Part shown: one piece after another, positions 45,101-56,803 of the stretch
Numbering within the stretch: the first letter of the stretch is position 1
Layout of the letters: every line of letters begins with the position of its first letter
Source: Asterias rubens
Lineage: Eukaryota
Assembly: GCF_902459465.1 (NCBI RefSeq)
Contig: NW_022985714.1
Span: 1-64,000 of the forward strand
Length of the DNA stretch: 64,000 nucleotides
Reading direction: 5' to 3'
The notes under the pieces: model-generated
Databases searched by the model: none
Told to the model about the DNA's origin: nothing
Seen by the model: only the letters and a program-made list of their open reading frames with translations
Made by a program: the position numbers and the translations under genes

Positions 45101-48100
45101 TCATGTGTTGAAAGATACTACACAGTATGTACAGTCAATCCTCCTACTGACTGACCATTCAATATCATCCACTGTGGTTGCTCAATGCTACATAAACTAA
45201 CCCAGCCTCTCTTTGTGTTGTTGTGGGAGTTATCATTTCCCAGTTGAAATCTTCAATGTATTTTGTGTGGATGTTTATTTCAGGGTGGTTCTTCCCTTGC
45301 TTGTATTGACAACACTCGATCCTGTCTCGCTAGGAATCTTTTCCTAGATCTGACAAATTTTGACGATCCATTGAGGCATCGAGGGAGGTAAGAGCAACGG
45401 GAAAGAGAGTTGGGATTTTATCTTAAAGTGTTTGCTAATTTCTCTTAATTTGCTTCAATTTTTAACCTCTGTAAAGTGTCTCGGTCCCTTTAGGGTTAAG
45501 GGAGCTTTCAAAGCTGTGTTTTTCTTATTATTTGTATTATTCATCTTCACCAAGGCCCTGCCATCTGAGTAGTCTGGTTCTTTTATGTATTTTAAACGAT
45601 GGTATTCATTATTGATAAATGCAGTCAAGGAACCTGGTAAATAATGACAAGGTAATAATCATCTTGTAAAGAGTAATTTTTATCCTCAAAACAAAACAAT
45701 TAAAGTAAAATGAAGCTGAAAACAAAACAAAAACTTCCCTGTTCTTTAAAATCAACAGTCCTATAGACCTTTCTATTGTAACATCACAGTGTGAGTTTTT
45801 GTCAACTGTGGTTGGAAAACCATAGAAAGCCATAAAAGAAAAACAAAAAAACATAGCCGCTGTTTTTAACAATGTAACACAAACATTCAAACAAAGTGTT
45901 AAATTTGTTGGTAACAAAGCATCAATTTTGGTTAAAACATATGTTGACACATTAAGTGTTTTACCAACATTCGGCCGACCATGCCATTCAGCTCGGTTTG
46001 TTAAGGTCAAAGGAAGACCACTCATATGCGGGAAGGATGTATTGCACTTACGTGGCCCTGCATTGTGTTTTACCTGTTTTATTTTGGTTCACTTTCTCTC
46101 TTAAAGGTTAGACTATGATTATTTTCAAATGCCCGGCAAAATAGGAGGATATTGTTCTTTGGATAAGGAACTTCTGAGGCAACATTCTAGCAGATTTTCT
46201 GAGTTGCAGTCATGGTGAGTATGACGCATCATGAATGCAATTGCCTCAATGTCCCACTGGTAATTGCCTTTGTGCCCCTAGAAGTATTCAAACACAAGAG
46301 TTTACAAGATGCTGCGGTACATTCAGCAGCCACTGTTGGACACACTTTGGTAAACCCCTTCTGTTAATGCTAAGTGTTACATAACACAACACACAGGACC
46401 ATCTTAATAATGAAGCAATAGTGGTTCAGTTTCTTGCTTAAGGACACAAGTGTCAAGACTGGGACTCAAACCCAAAACTCTGTTGATCAGAAACAGCAGA
46501 GCTCGAGTCCAGTGTGCTTGACGTCAGCCATGACACACCAGAAACTGTACTTCAACTTTACTTCAATAATGAGTTTGTACAGAATATTTATTTCACTTAC
46601 TTTGTCAATGGTTTGGTCATCAGGTATGGTGAGTTGATGGAATTCACTCCGATGGCTTCTGATCCGTTTGTGACTTCAAGCTGTGACGTCATCATCGAAG
46701 GCCGGACTTACCTGATGAAGTTAGATGCAGGTGAGATACGTTTGAAAATAAAGAGAACACCATTGTAATTAACCCTCCTACTAATTGACCATTTAATTTT
46801 AATTGCCCAATCATGTGGTGAATGCATCAACATAGTACACCGTCAGCCCTTGTACTGTCTGACTATTAGATATCATCCACTGTGGTTTTGAATAATAGAT
46901 AAACTATGCCAGCCTGCAATGATACCATGTGGGGAATGTGTGTGAACTATACACAGTCAACCCTCCTACTGTCTGGCCATTCAATATCATCACTGTGGTT
47001 TGCATGAAAGATAAACTATGCCAGCCTACAATATGATATCATGTGTTGGTACAGCTGCACAGAACACAGTCAACCCTCCCACTGTCTGACCATTTAATAT
47101 CATCCACTGCGGTTTGCATGAAAGATAGATAAACTATACCAGCCTGCAATATGATATCATGTGGTGGATGCAGCTACACAGTACACAGTCAACCCTCCTA
47201 CTGTCTGACCATTCAATATCATCACTGTGGTTTGCTTGAAAGATAGATAAACTATACCAGCCTGCAATATGATATCATGTGGTGGATGGTACACGGAACA
47301 CAGTCAACCCTACTGATGGCACTGTAAGTTCTGTGCACAGTTGTGCCACAGTACACAACCCATGTAGTTGAATGGTTTAAAATGGTTAGTCAGCCAGCTC
47401 ACTGGAAAATACCATCAAGTTTCTTGAAGTCTTTAATGAGGTGAGCCCGGTTCATTCTTCGCTGCGAATGTTTCGCAGGAGTTGAGCACAAGTCAACTGA
47501 TGTGAATTATTCATACCACATTCGCAGGAAGTAAAGACCTGGCTTTAGACTTTCACACCACAAGCTAGTTAATTTGAAAAAATTGTCTTTTGAATCAAGG
47601 TATCAACATGTTCCACCATTTCTGTGATTTCGTCAACTTGTACATCACTCAGCACTTATTGAATGACTTTTCTCTGAATGTGACGATAGTCATGTGGGAC
47701 ATGGTAAGTGAACAAAGATTTGTTTTCTTTGCAAATTCTAGATTCTAGACTTATCTTAATGTTGATTTACATGCACAATTACAAAGAAAGATGCAATAAT
47801 TACAAGCAACATGTGAACATTTCAGCTCAATAAGCCTTTTTGCGGTATGGCGGACATGATACGCGCGCGTCACACGCCGCGACTGATGCCATGCTCACCA
47901 TGTTGGTGGTCATTAGGTTTACGTGTAAACGCCGCGTCGCCTAAAATGCGCACTTCACTGAATAACATACGTTCTATTTCTATGGTCAATACGCACAAAT
48001 TTACCACAACTTTAAAGTGTTGTAGCATTGTGTCCGCCATACCTCAAAAAGGCTTATACACGGTGTCTACTTGTTGAAAAAACAACCAACAATTTTTACA

Positions 48101-51100
48101 GTAGATTCGCAAGAAAATTTGATCCATTCATTTCTAGTGAGGCGATAGCAGGTACCAACTGCATCTCTGGCCACAGCATTTGTGAACGGACAGCAACCCT
48201 CAGAAATGTTAGAAATGATTCATGCATGAATCATTTCTAAGATTCAAATGTTTTGGTTTAAAACTATCCAAACCATGTTACTTTGAAGAGAATTCTTCTT
48301 CAAAAAGTTACATTTTTAAAGTGCTTCGCTTCCCTCCAACTTTCCTTTCTTGCAGAGCAATATGAGGTACCTGGATTTATTTCAAGAGACCTGGGCAGCC
48401 TTCTCAAACCGACCTCTGTTTAGATTAAATGATTGGTCTGGCAAAAAAGTGAGTTATTTCCTTCATGGTACTTAACGAATTCAAACAACCACCATTACAT
48501 GAAAAACCTGAGATACCTTGTGGTTAGCATCAAGGTTCAAACAGGGTTCACACAAGGTATGCGCAGGGTTTACATAAGGTTCACACAAGGTTCACGAAGG
48601 GTTCACACAGTGTTCACACAAGGTTTTCACAGGTTCACACAAGGTTCATGCAAGGTTTACACAAGGTTCACACAAGGTTCATGCAAGGTTCACGCAAGGT
48701 TCACACAAGGTTCATGCAAGGTTCATGCAAGATTCACGCAAGGTTCATGCAAGGTTCACACCAGGTTCATGAGTTGAACATGCTTGATATCCTAGACTGG
48801 ACTATTCCACAAATCTAAGAGGTGGGGGTCAGTTCACAGGATTGCGATTTTACAGGCTGGTAAATAAACACAACCATACCCAGCCTTTCCAGCCATATGT
48901 TTATTGTATCAGGCTGTACCATTAATGTCTGGAAGGCATTCCGAGCAGCTCGATGGTTTCCTGCACCCCAACCACCACACCACCAGTAAAGGTCACTGTA
49001 TTCAGAGGTCACGAACAATGTTTGTGTTTCTCCTGAAGATGACCAACCACACCAGCTGTCCTAAAAGTTATATTACACATGGGTTTACCTGCAAATTTAC
49101 TAGTTACAGTAACTTCCTAGTGGTGTAATTTTCAGTGGACAGCACTCAGTCAAGCATTAAATTGATAAATTATTTGGTACCTACCGTAGGTGTGTTTCCG
49201 TGAAGCGGTGTTTACTCTCCCACCAAGAATGATCCGTGGATTCTTCTACAACATGCCCCTGACGCCAAACACACACGGCAGCAGCTTGATGAGGTCATTC
49301 TCCCAGCTAGTTGTTCACCGCCTGGGTGTCAAACAGAAAGGCCCACTGGTGAGTCAACTATAGAGTGGTCCTGGGCTCCATTTTACATCCTAACTTAGGA
49401 CTAGTCCTAACTTAGGACCAGTCCTAGGAGATGTTAAAAACATAAGGCTAGTCCTAAGCTCGAGATAACAGTAGTCTGAACTCTATTTTGAAATCCACCC
49501 CTGGGCCCAATTTAGTACAGCTGCTCAAGCACAAAAGTCACTAAGCACAACAGCATTTTGCTTTACATGGTATCCTGCTCATTTCTGCTTAGCTTGAGCA
49601 GCTATAAGAAATTGGGCCCTGGGGTGGTGGGGATGATGAGGGATTCAAGGGTTTGGGAGAGAGGTTGATTGGGAAGGTAGTGCAAAGGGAGGTGGTTTGG
49701 GAATGAAATATAAATCAATGGGGTGGAGGTTGATAGGAGGCTCAAAACAGACAGGGCCCAGCGCAATTGGGCTGTTTAAGCAGCATTGCTTAAGAAATGC
49801 GTGCTGAGCAAAAGTAAGCAGAATGCTGGTCATGGATTGTACATGTGACATGAATTTTTTGGCTGGTGAGTAATATTACTGGAGTGGGATTTGAACCGGG
49901 ATCTCGGGATTAACGTGCCAGCGCTCTACCAACTTGGCTATCCAGCCCTATGTTGGCAGTCTCACTATTTTGTCAACATCTTCGTTCAGGGTTGCCAATC
50001 AGTCAGAGAAGCCATTCAACTTAATGATACAACCCGGGAAGTGACAGGATAGGATTCACCTCCTGCTCTAGTAATTTTGTTCTTTACTCAACCCAAAATT
50101 TATATTTAAAGTTGTTGGCATTGCTTGATGTGCTTGCATCACAACAACACCAACACAAATTATACGTCTTGTGGCGTTTATGCATCTTCACACATTTTGG
50201 AGAGTTTGAAAAACGAAAAGTACAAATCTTTGTGGATAGTTTTGTCTTGCTCAAGTTGTGTTTCGTTTTCCCTTCCCTTTTTTGTTACAGAAAACAGGAA
50301 GAGTGAGAATTACCATCTTGGAGAGGAAATCAAAACACAGGAACATTATCAACCAAGCTGAGGTGAGGAATGAAAAAAGTTTTGAAATCTTGGCTCTTTC
50401 TGAATTAATCAACTAGGGGCTTTATTTCTAAGACGTGTGTGCGCCTTGTGGTATGTCTAACCATGGTATTGACTTTTATACAAACAAAAGTTTCTTGTAC
50501 CTGTCTTCATTAGGGCTTGTCATGGCTGATTGTTTAAGAGCAAAGGAGTCAAGCTCTGTTTTTTCTTATCAGTAGAGTGTGGGTTAGAATCATGGTCTTG
50601 ACACTTATGTCCTTATGATACTTTTCCAAAATTGCCTTGAGCGGTGTATGGGACGTTCCCATCCCATAGGTACTGTGAACTAGAATTTTTAGTGCACAAA
50701 AAGAGAACCCAGAACACTTATCGTGGAAGAGTAAGGGGCCAACCCTGGTGTTTGTGGTTCACAGAGCAAGCACTCTTATTTACAGGTTTCCTCAGGCTTG
50801 CAGGCTACAGTCATTAAAGGGTGGCTGCAGTGTTTTTTTTATTCATTTAAACGATTAAACATGACTTTTTAAACCTGAAATATTTTTTTCTATTTTTTAT
50901 TAAATGCGCAAGTATTTTAAAAATGGTTTTCAAGAGATTAGGGGAACCCACCCCGCCCCTAAAAGGGAGCCTTCATTTGCAGAAACATGACGTCATGTCG
51001 GTAACCCGAGCCGTCGGGCCCCCTGGCTATGTTCATATAGAGACGTGTGCACTGTGTGGCCTATACCTAGGCGCGTGTAGTTAGGGACCAGACTCTTTTT

Positions 51101-54100
51101 GCCGACGATATGTTTGAATTCCCGATGTGACGTCGATGGTGGGGGGGGGGGGGGGGGGGGGGGCGGTACCAATCCACAAAAGGGGGGGCATAACGCTTAT
51201 TACGCAAGTAAGATATGTTGGGAATAAACAAAACACATTTTATTGATGTTCAATACATATATCAGAAATAAATGATAGCAAAACTAACTGTTTTATTTGA
51301 ATTCACTGCAGCATCCCTTTAAGTTGACTAATGAGGCATGGTTTCATTACCATAAATATAATTAATAAGTCTGTGCTCATTTTTCGTTTCCTTTGTAGCT
51401 GGTACATGCTTTGAGAGAAGATCCACATTATGAAGTTCAAGTTGTGGAGTATAAGTGAGTTTTAAGATTAAATTAAGTTGGGTGTTGAGTTACTGAATTG
51501 TGTTGGACTGAGGACTGCACTAGTAAACTGATTATGCTTTACATGGGATCAGGCATACCACCATAATCAGAGTCTAACAGTTTGAGTGTTGAGTTACTGA
51601 ATGGTGTTGGACTGAGGACTGCACTAGTAAACTGGTTATGCTTTACATGGGATCAGGCATACCACCATAATCAGAGTCTAACAGTTTGAGTGTTGAGTTA
51701 CTGAATGGTGTTGGACTGAGGACTGCACTAGTAAACTGATTATGCTTTACATGGGATCAGGCATACCACCATAGTCAGAGTCCAACAGTTTGGGTGTTGA
51801 GTTACTGAATGGTGTTGGACTGAGGACTGCACTAGTAAACTGATTATGCTTTACATGGGATCAGGCATACCACCATAGTCAGAGTCCAACAGTTTGGGTG
51901 TTGAGTTACTGAATGGTGTTGGACTGAGGACTGCACTAGTAAACTGATTATGCTTTACATGGGATCAGGCATACCACCATAATCAGAGTCCAACAGTTTG
52001 GGTGTTGAGTTACTGAATGGTGTTGGACTGAGGACTGCACTAGTAAACTGATTATGCTTTACATGGGATCAGGCATACCACCATAATCAGAGTCTAACAG
52101 TTTGAGTGTTGAGTTACTGAATGGTGTTGGACTGAGGACTGCACTAGTAAAGTGATCATTCTGTACGTGGGATCAGGCATACCACTATAATCAGAGTCCA
52201 ACAGTGTTGAGTTACTGAATGGTGTTGGACTGAGGACTGCACTAATAACTGGTTATGCTTTACATGGGATCAGGCATACCACCATAATCAGAGTCCAACA
52301 GTTTGGGTGTTGAGTTACTGTATGGTGTTGGACTGAGGACTGCACTAGTAAAGTGATCATTCTGTACGTGGGATCAGGCATACCACTATAATCAGAGTCC
52401 AACAGTGTTGAGTTACTGAATGGTGTTGGACTGAGGACTGCACTAATAACTGGTTATGCTTTACATGGGATCAGGCATACCACCATAATCAGAGTCCAAC
52501 AGTTTGGGTGTTGGGTTTCTGTATTGGGTTGGACTGTTGGACTTAATTAATAATAAATTCTCTGTTCCTTTTTTTCTGCAGCCATTCATTGACCTTCGTT
52601 CAACAGATGGAGGTAAGTGTAATTAATAAGGTTAGAGACATATATGATATGGATGTGTTATGCAACCAGGAGTATCTACAGACAGTTTCATACGGGGAAG
52701 GGGGCAAGTGGGAAAGTGTAAATACGGGGAAGGGGGCAAGTGGGAAAGTGTAACCTTTATTTTGTTTTTCCAGAAAGTTTAGTTCAAGAAAATGAAGTAC
52801 TTTTGGCGTGGGTGTACCTAATAACAATATGATAATAAGCAGCTCCCAAGTAGTGCTTTATCTTGGATTTTAAAGTACTTGATTTTTTTCAAAACAGGTA
52901 TGCAAGGCTTTTTGATTGATTTCACACTGAAGTGGTTTACAAGGTGCTGCAGCAGCCACTGTCAGAAACACCCTGGCAAAACCCTTCTCTTAGCAATAAA
53001 TGTAACTGGATTCTTTTACTTGCATTACACAACACACAGGACCTACGGCTTTATGTCCCATCTGATGGACGAACGAAGCAATGACGGTTAAGTGTCTTGC
53101 TAAGGGATACACGTGTGAAGACTTGGACTTGAACCCACACTCTGCTGATTAGAAACAGCAGAGTTTGAATACAAGCCACTCTGTCACGACACAACAAAAT
53201 GATTTGATGTCTCTTTTTAAAGGATTGTTTTACCAACACGTGTTTTTATTTCTCACAGATCACACATAACAGCGATATTTTTATCGGAATGCACGGTGCA
53301 GGTTTAACTCATCTACTCTTCTTGCCTGATTGGGCCACAATCTTTGAAATGTAAGTTTCAGTTCTTTAACCCTTTATTTCATGATTAAATAAAAGGAAAT
53401 TGAAAACCTTTATTTCCTGTGGCCAATGTGCAGTTTCATAATAGGTACATTTTGGAGGCTTACAAACCTAGCTGCTTTTCCATTAATGTGCATTTTCATA
53501 ACTTAATGCACAAATGCGGCTAGTCATGCTAGTGGCAAACAAAACCTTTTTTGATGTCCAGGGCCAAATTTCTTAAAGCTGATTAGCAGAAAATTCTGCT
53601 TAGCAAGTTTCTTTGCTAAGCAAGAAATGAGTCGCAGCAATGGTAACTGTGTTTTGGCTGGAAAGCTATTGTTGCTTAACACAAATTTCTTTGAGCTAAG
53701 CAAATTGTAGTGCTTTCCCAGCCATTATGAAATTGGGCCCAGGGGTCGATTTCACAAAGAGTTAGGACTCGTCTTATCTCGAGTTAGGACGAGTAACTCG
53801 TCTTAACTTAGGATTAATTTTAAGGTCCGCATGCAACAGTGCAGGGTTGGGACTCGTCCCAAGTCCTAAGATTAGTCTTAAGTTAGGAAGAGTTTTGTGA
53901 AATCGACGGCTGATGTTTTAAAGATTGTGAGACTCCTGTAATTGTGTTTTCTTCCACTTGATTGAGCAGATGTAACTGTGAGGACAGGCATTGTTATGAA
54001 GACCTTGCCAACCTCCGAGGGGTACACTACATGACCTGGCAAAACAACGACCTCCTCAAGAAGCATAATGAAGTAAGTACTCAAGGAGCTCAGGCCTTGC

Positions 54101-55238
54101 TCTTAAGCTTGTTGTTAAGTAGTCAACCGGGCTAATAAAACTCTGGGTTTAACTTGCCCCAGGATGTTTTAGTAGGCTTGTATTTAAACATGTATTGTCA
54201 TAAATGTATCTTTCTGATGCATTAATGGTAGCAATCACAACCAGTATAATAGGCAAAAATTAACACGTAAAAACATGTATTATTCACATCTGAGTGGAAT
54301 AAATTTGAGCATTTTAAACAAGTAGGTTGCATAGTTTTTAGTAGACCACAGAGCAAGTTGAGGGGTGGTGTTTACTAGCCTGTGGCAGTTTTTACTGGAC
54401 AAAATACGCTGGGCTAGTGTTAAGGGGGAGCCCTGGAGCTCTATCTTAAATTTAAAGGGAAATGAAACCGTTTGGTTGTTTAAACTATGTATAAATGTAA
54501 TTGTTGTGTCTTGACTGAACAGTCTAGTGTGCAAGACTGTTGAGTTTGTGACGTCAGTATGCAAGAGGTCTAAAGTTGAACTGATGATCAGCAAATTTGT
54601 ATCTAAGTTTTTCAATTGAGAAGCTTACCTTGTTTGAAGTTAGTCTTGGGAATCCAGTCAATGTCAAAGGCTGTCTTTGTGTAGGAATTGATGTGTGGAT
54701 ATTGTATCTCAGACCTTGCAAAAATGAGAAAGCAGAAAGCAAATTTGTATAAGATTTGTGGGAGGGGTTCGTTTTTCCAGGAGCGTTTAATTCATTATCA
54801 ACCATCTTGTGACATTTGTTGTGTGCAATAACATACTTCTTATATAGCACTTTATCTAATTGGCCCAAGTATGCTCCGTCTTCACTAGTCTTGGTTCAAC
54901 ACTCTCCTATTATTATTATCTCTCCATAGACAGCTATCACAAGAGGGCGCACTCTCACCATCAACCGTTCTCACCCAACAAGAGCACCCTCTTGTGAAAG
55001 TAACAGGAGAGTCTTAAACCAAGACTACGTCTTTACAAGAAACCTTTATTCAATGTTCGGTTTATTTCTTATATCTTTGTAGATACTACACCCGAGCCTT
55101 GGCACGTACCACGCTAAATTCTGCGACTACTCTTTTGACAAGGGGGAATTTATTCGGCTAGTGAAAGAGGCTCAGCGTCACGTGGAAAGTAATCCAAAGT
55201 TTTGGGAAGGGGTCATTGCCAAACGAGATGAGCTATGA
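42115..55238 (+). CDS. EOGT: EGF-domain-specific O-GlcNAc transferase (GT61), 15 coding exons, 559 aa
   Basis: Exons 42115-42399, 43128-43225, 44672-44783, 45284-45387, 46107-46214, 46624-46730, 47600-47703, 48356-48448, 49190-49348, 50291-50362, 51399-51454, 52582-52612, 53259-53350, 53970-54072, 55083-55238; GT-AG, phases consistent, 1680 nt. Motifs [79 protein letters not shown]; signal peptide; ER-retention RDEL-stop. Confidence 0.95.
43240..44170. repeat. Degenerate tandem array built on a CCTCAGAGG module (EOGT intron)
   Basis: Dozens of CCTCAGAGG/CCTTAGAGG modules; higher-order block TTCACACCTCAGAACACTGCCACTT near 43292, 43482, 43741 and 43891. Confidence 0.85.
44900..45190. repeat. 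About 110-bp repeat, 3 copies (EOGT intron)
   Basis: CACAGTACACAGTCAACCCTCCTACTGACTGACCATT..ATCATCCACTGT core. Confidence 0.8.
46770..47310. repeat. Same ~110-bp repeat, about 5 copies (a different EOGT intron)
   Basis: CACAGTCAACCCTCCTACTGTCTGACCATTCAATATCATC..ACTGTGGTTTG...GATAAACTAT core. Confidence 0.8.
48531..48769. repeat. 11-bp minisatellite, about 22 copies
   Basis: Consensus CACAAGGTTCA / TGCAAGGTTCA. Confidence 0.95.
49372..49618. mobile_element. Two adjacent CWG-flanked MITEs of different families
   Basis: TAGGACTAGTCCTAAC-type element followed by CTG-GGCCCAATTT...AAATTGGGCC-CTG. Confidence 0.6.
50814..51322. mobile_element. TTAA-flanked MITE containing a G26 tract
   Basis: TTAAAGGGTGGCTGCAGTG / CACTGCAGCATCCCTTTAA. 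Confidence 0.7.
51480..52520. repeat. 104-bp tandem array, about 10 copies, filling the EOGT intron 51455-52581
   Basis: GTGTTGAGTTACTG recurs at 51482, 51586, 51690, 51794, 51898, 52002, 52106, 52204, 52308 and 52406; the last four units form a duplicated 202-bp dimer. Confidence 0.95.
52690..52753. repeat. Perfect 32-bp G-rich tandem duplication
   Basis: ATACGGGGAAGGGGGCAAGTGGGAAAGTGTAA, two copies. Confidence 0.9.
53572..53909. mobile_element. Two different Harbinger-like MITEs in tandem sharing a CAG site
   Basis: CAG-GGCCAAATTTC...GAAATTGGGCC-CAG-GGGTCGATTTCACAAA...TTTGTGAAATCGACGG-CTG. Confidence 0.75.
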
Positions 55239-56398
55239 TGATCGGCTGCACTAAGATTGTAATCATGTTTTTGTATTTGTTTTGTTGGCCTTTTGAAAAG
55301 TTCTGCCTTAAAAAAGTTTGTTTAATGTTTTTGGGTTTTTTCAGTTAGGTTTTGTCTATAAAATGTTTTATCGGTTATTTTAGGTTTTGTGTAGTGGGGA
55401 AAGATCGATATTAATGCTCTATAAAAGGTAAAAATGGTTTATTTAAAACAATCTTGATAAACATGAGATAGAGCTTCCTCTACATCTACATGCCTCTTCA
55501 TGCTTCCTTATTAAGTGAGGTTTGGAGTGACACCATGTGTAAATCTCTTTTGCGTAGTGGTGGTTTTTAAAAAAAATCAGTGGTTGACCAATTGACATTT
55601 TGATCATTATGCTCTGACTGTTTCAGGAGAACATTACCGCTAACCTCCCACCGTGCAATGTTTCAAAACCATTACATGTTTGCTATTCTTGCGTACTCAG
55701 ACCAAAGTTTAAATTAACGATTTGGTCCTTTTTGTTAGCATGAGGCCTCAATTCTCCCAGATCCTCTTCTTCTATGTTACTCAATATCAAATTGTTTGGA
55801 CTTGGGATAATATTAGAATGCCTGACCCTGTGATCAGCACAGGGCCAATTACGTTTATTTTTTGGTCCACTTGCCCCAGTCCTTTTGAATCCTTCACGTT
55901 GGCACTGAGTTGAATATAGAAGGATTTGCATGAAATATTCTCAACTTTTTTGTTATCAAATTTGTTTGGATTTGAACCAACGAGTATTTGCCTTAAAATT
56001 TGTTCGCCAGAAGGGTATCAATTAATGTAATTGGCCTTGACATTTCTTGGGTTTTCTTTTTTATTTTGTAAGTCTGTCTGAAAACTTCCTTGCCTTTTTG
56101 TATTATTTTGTCCGCTGATTTAGGATTTCCTTTTGTACACAAGTTTACATTTGTAATGGGTTTAAAGGTTGTGAAAGTACTTAACAGTTTGAATATTCAA
56201 GTGATTAACTATCAGGGTTGAGAGGACCAGTTTTGTATTTTATTTGTTTGTAATAATTTACGTTTGTTTATTTCTTTCACTTATTGTTTTTTTTTTGTTA
56301 CTCCTAGTTATTCCCACCTCGGTTGCTCAAGTGACTGCACTAACTAAACTTATAGAGAACAATAGAGCACTACTGGAAATAAGTTATATCATTCAGCA

Positions 56399-56803
56399 TG
56401 GCGAGTCATGGCCTTAGCAGTTAAAGAGCATTGGATTCAAACTCTTGTTTCTGATCAGCAGAGTGTAGGTTCGAGTCCCACTCGAGACACTTTTGTCCTT
56501 AAGTAAGACACTCGACCATAATGCTTCGGGTTGTGTAATGCACCAAGTAAAATAAACCCATTGCACTTATTGAAAAGAGAAGGGGTTCGCCCCAGTGTTC
56601 TTGTTTTGATTGGCATTATACTGTGCCACAGCACCTTGTAAAACCATTATATGGTGCTATGCATGGTGCTATGTCAAAAGATTAGGTCTCATAATTCAAA
56701 CTCAGTCCCACCCTTCCTTGCAAGATAATATTGTATGTTAAGGCGCCTTGGGCGTCACTAAGTGACGGATACGCACGCTATATAAGAAGCCACTATTATT
56801 ATT
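56399..56803 (+). mobile_element. tRNA-derived SINE, full length, downstream of the EOGT stop codon
   Basis: A-box-like TGGCCTTAGCAG, B-box GGTTCGAGTCC (56468-56478), about 300-bp body, TATTATTATT tail. Confidence 0.75.

Noticed and set aside
54280-54868. Two minus-strand ORFs (111 and 104 aa) that might be a decayed LINE/Penelope fragment
   Set aside because: No recognisable RT (YxDD), endonuclease or GIY-YIG motif; cannot be supported without a profile search.
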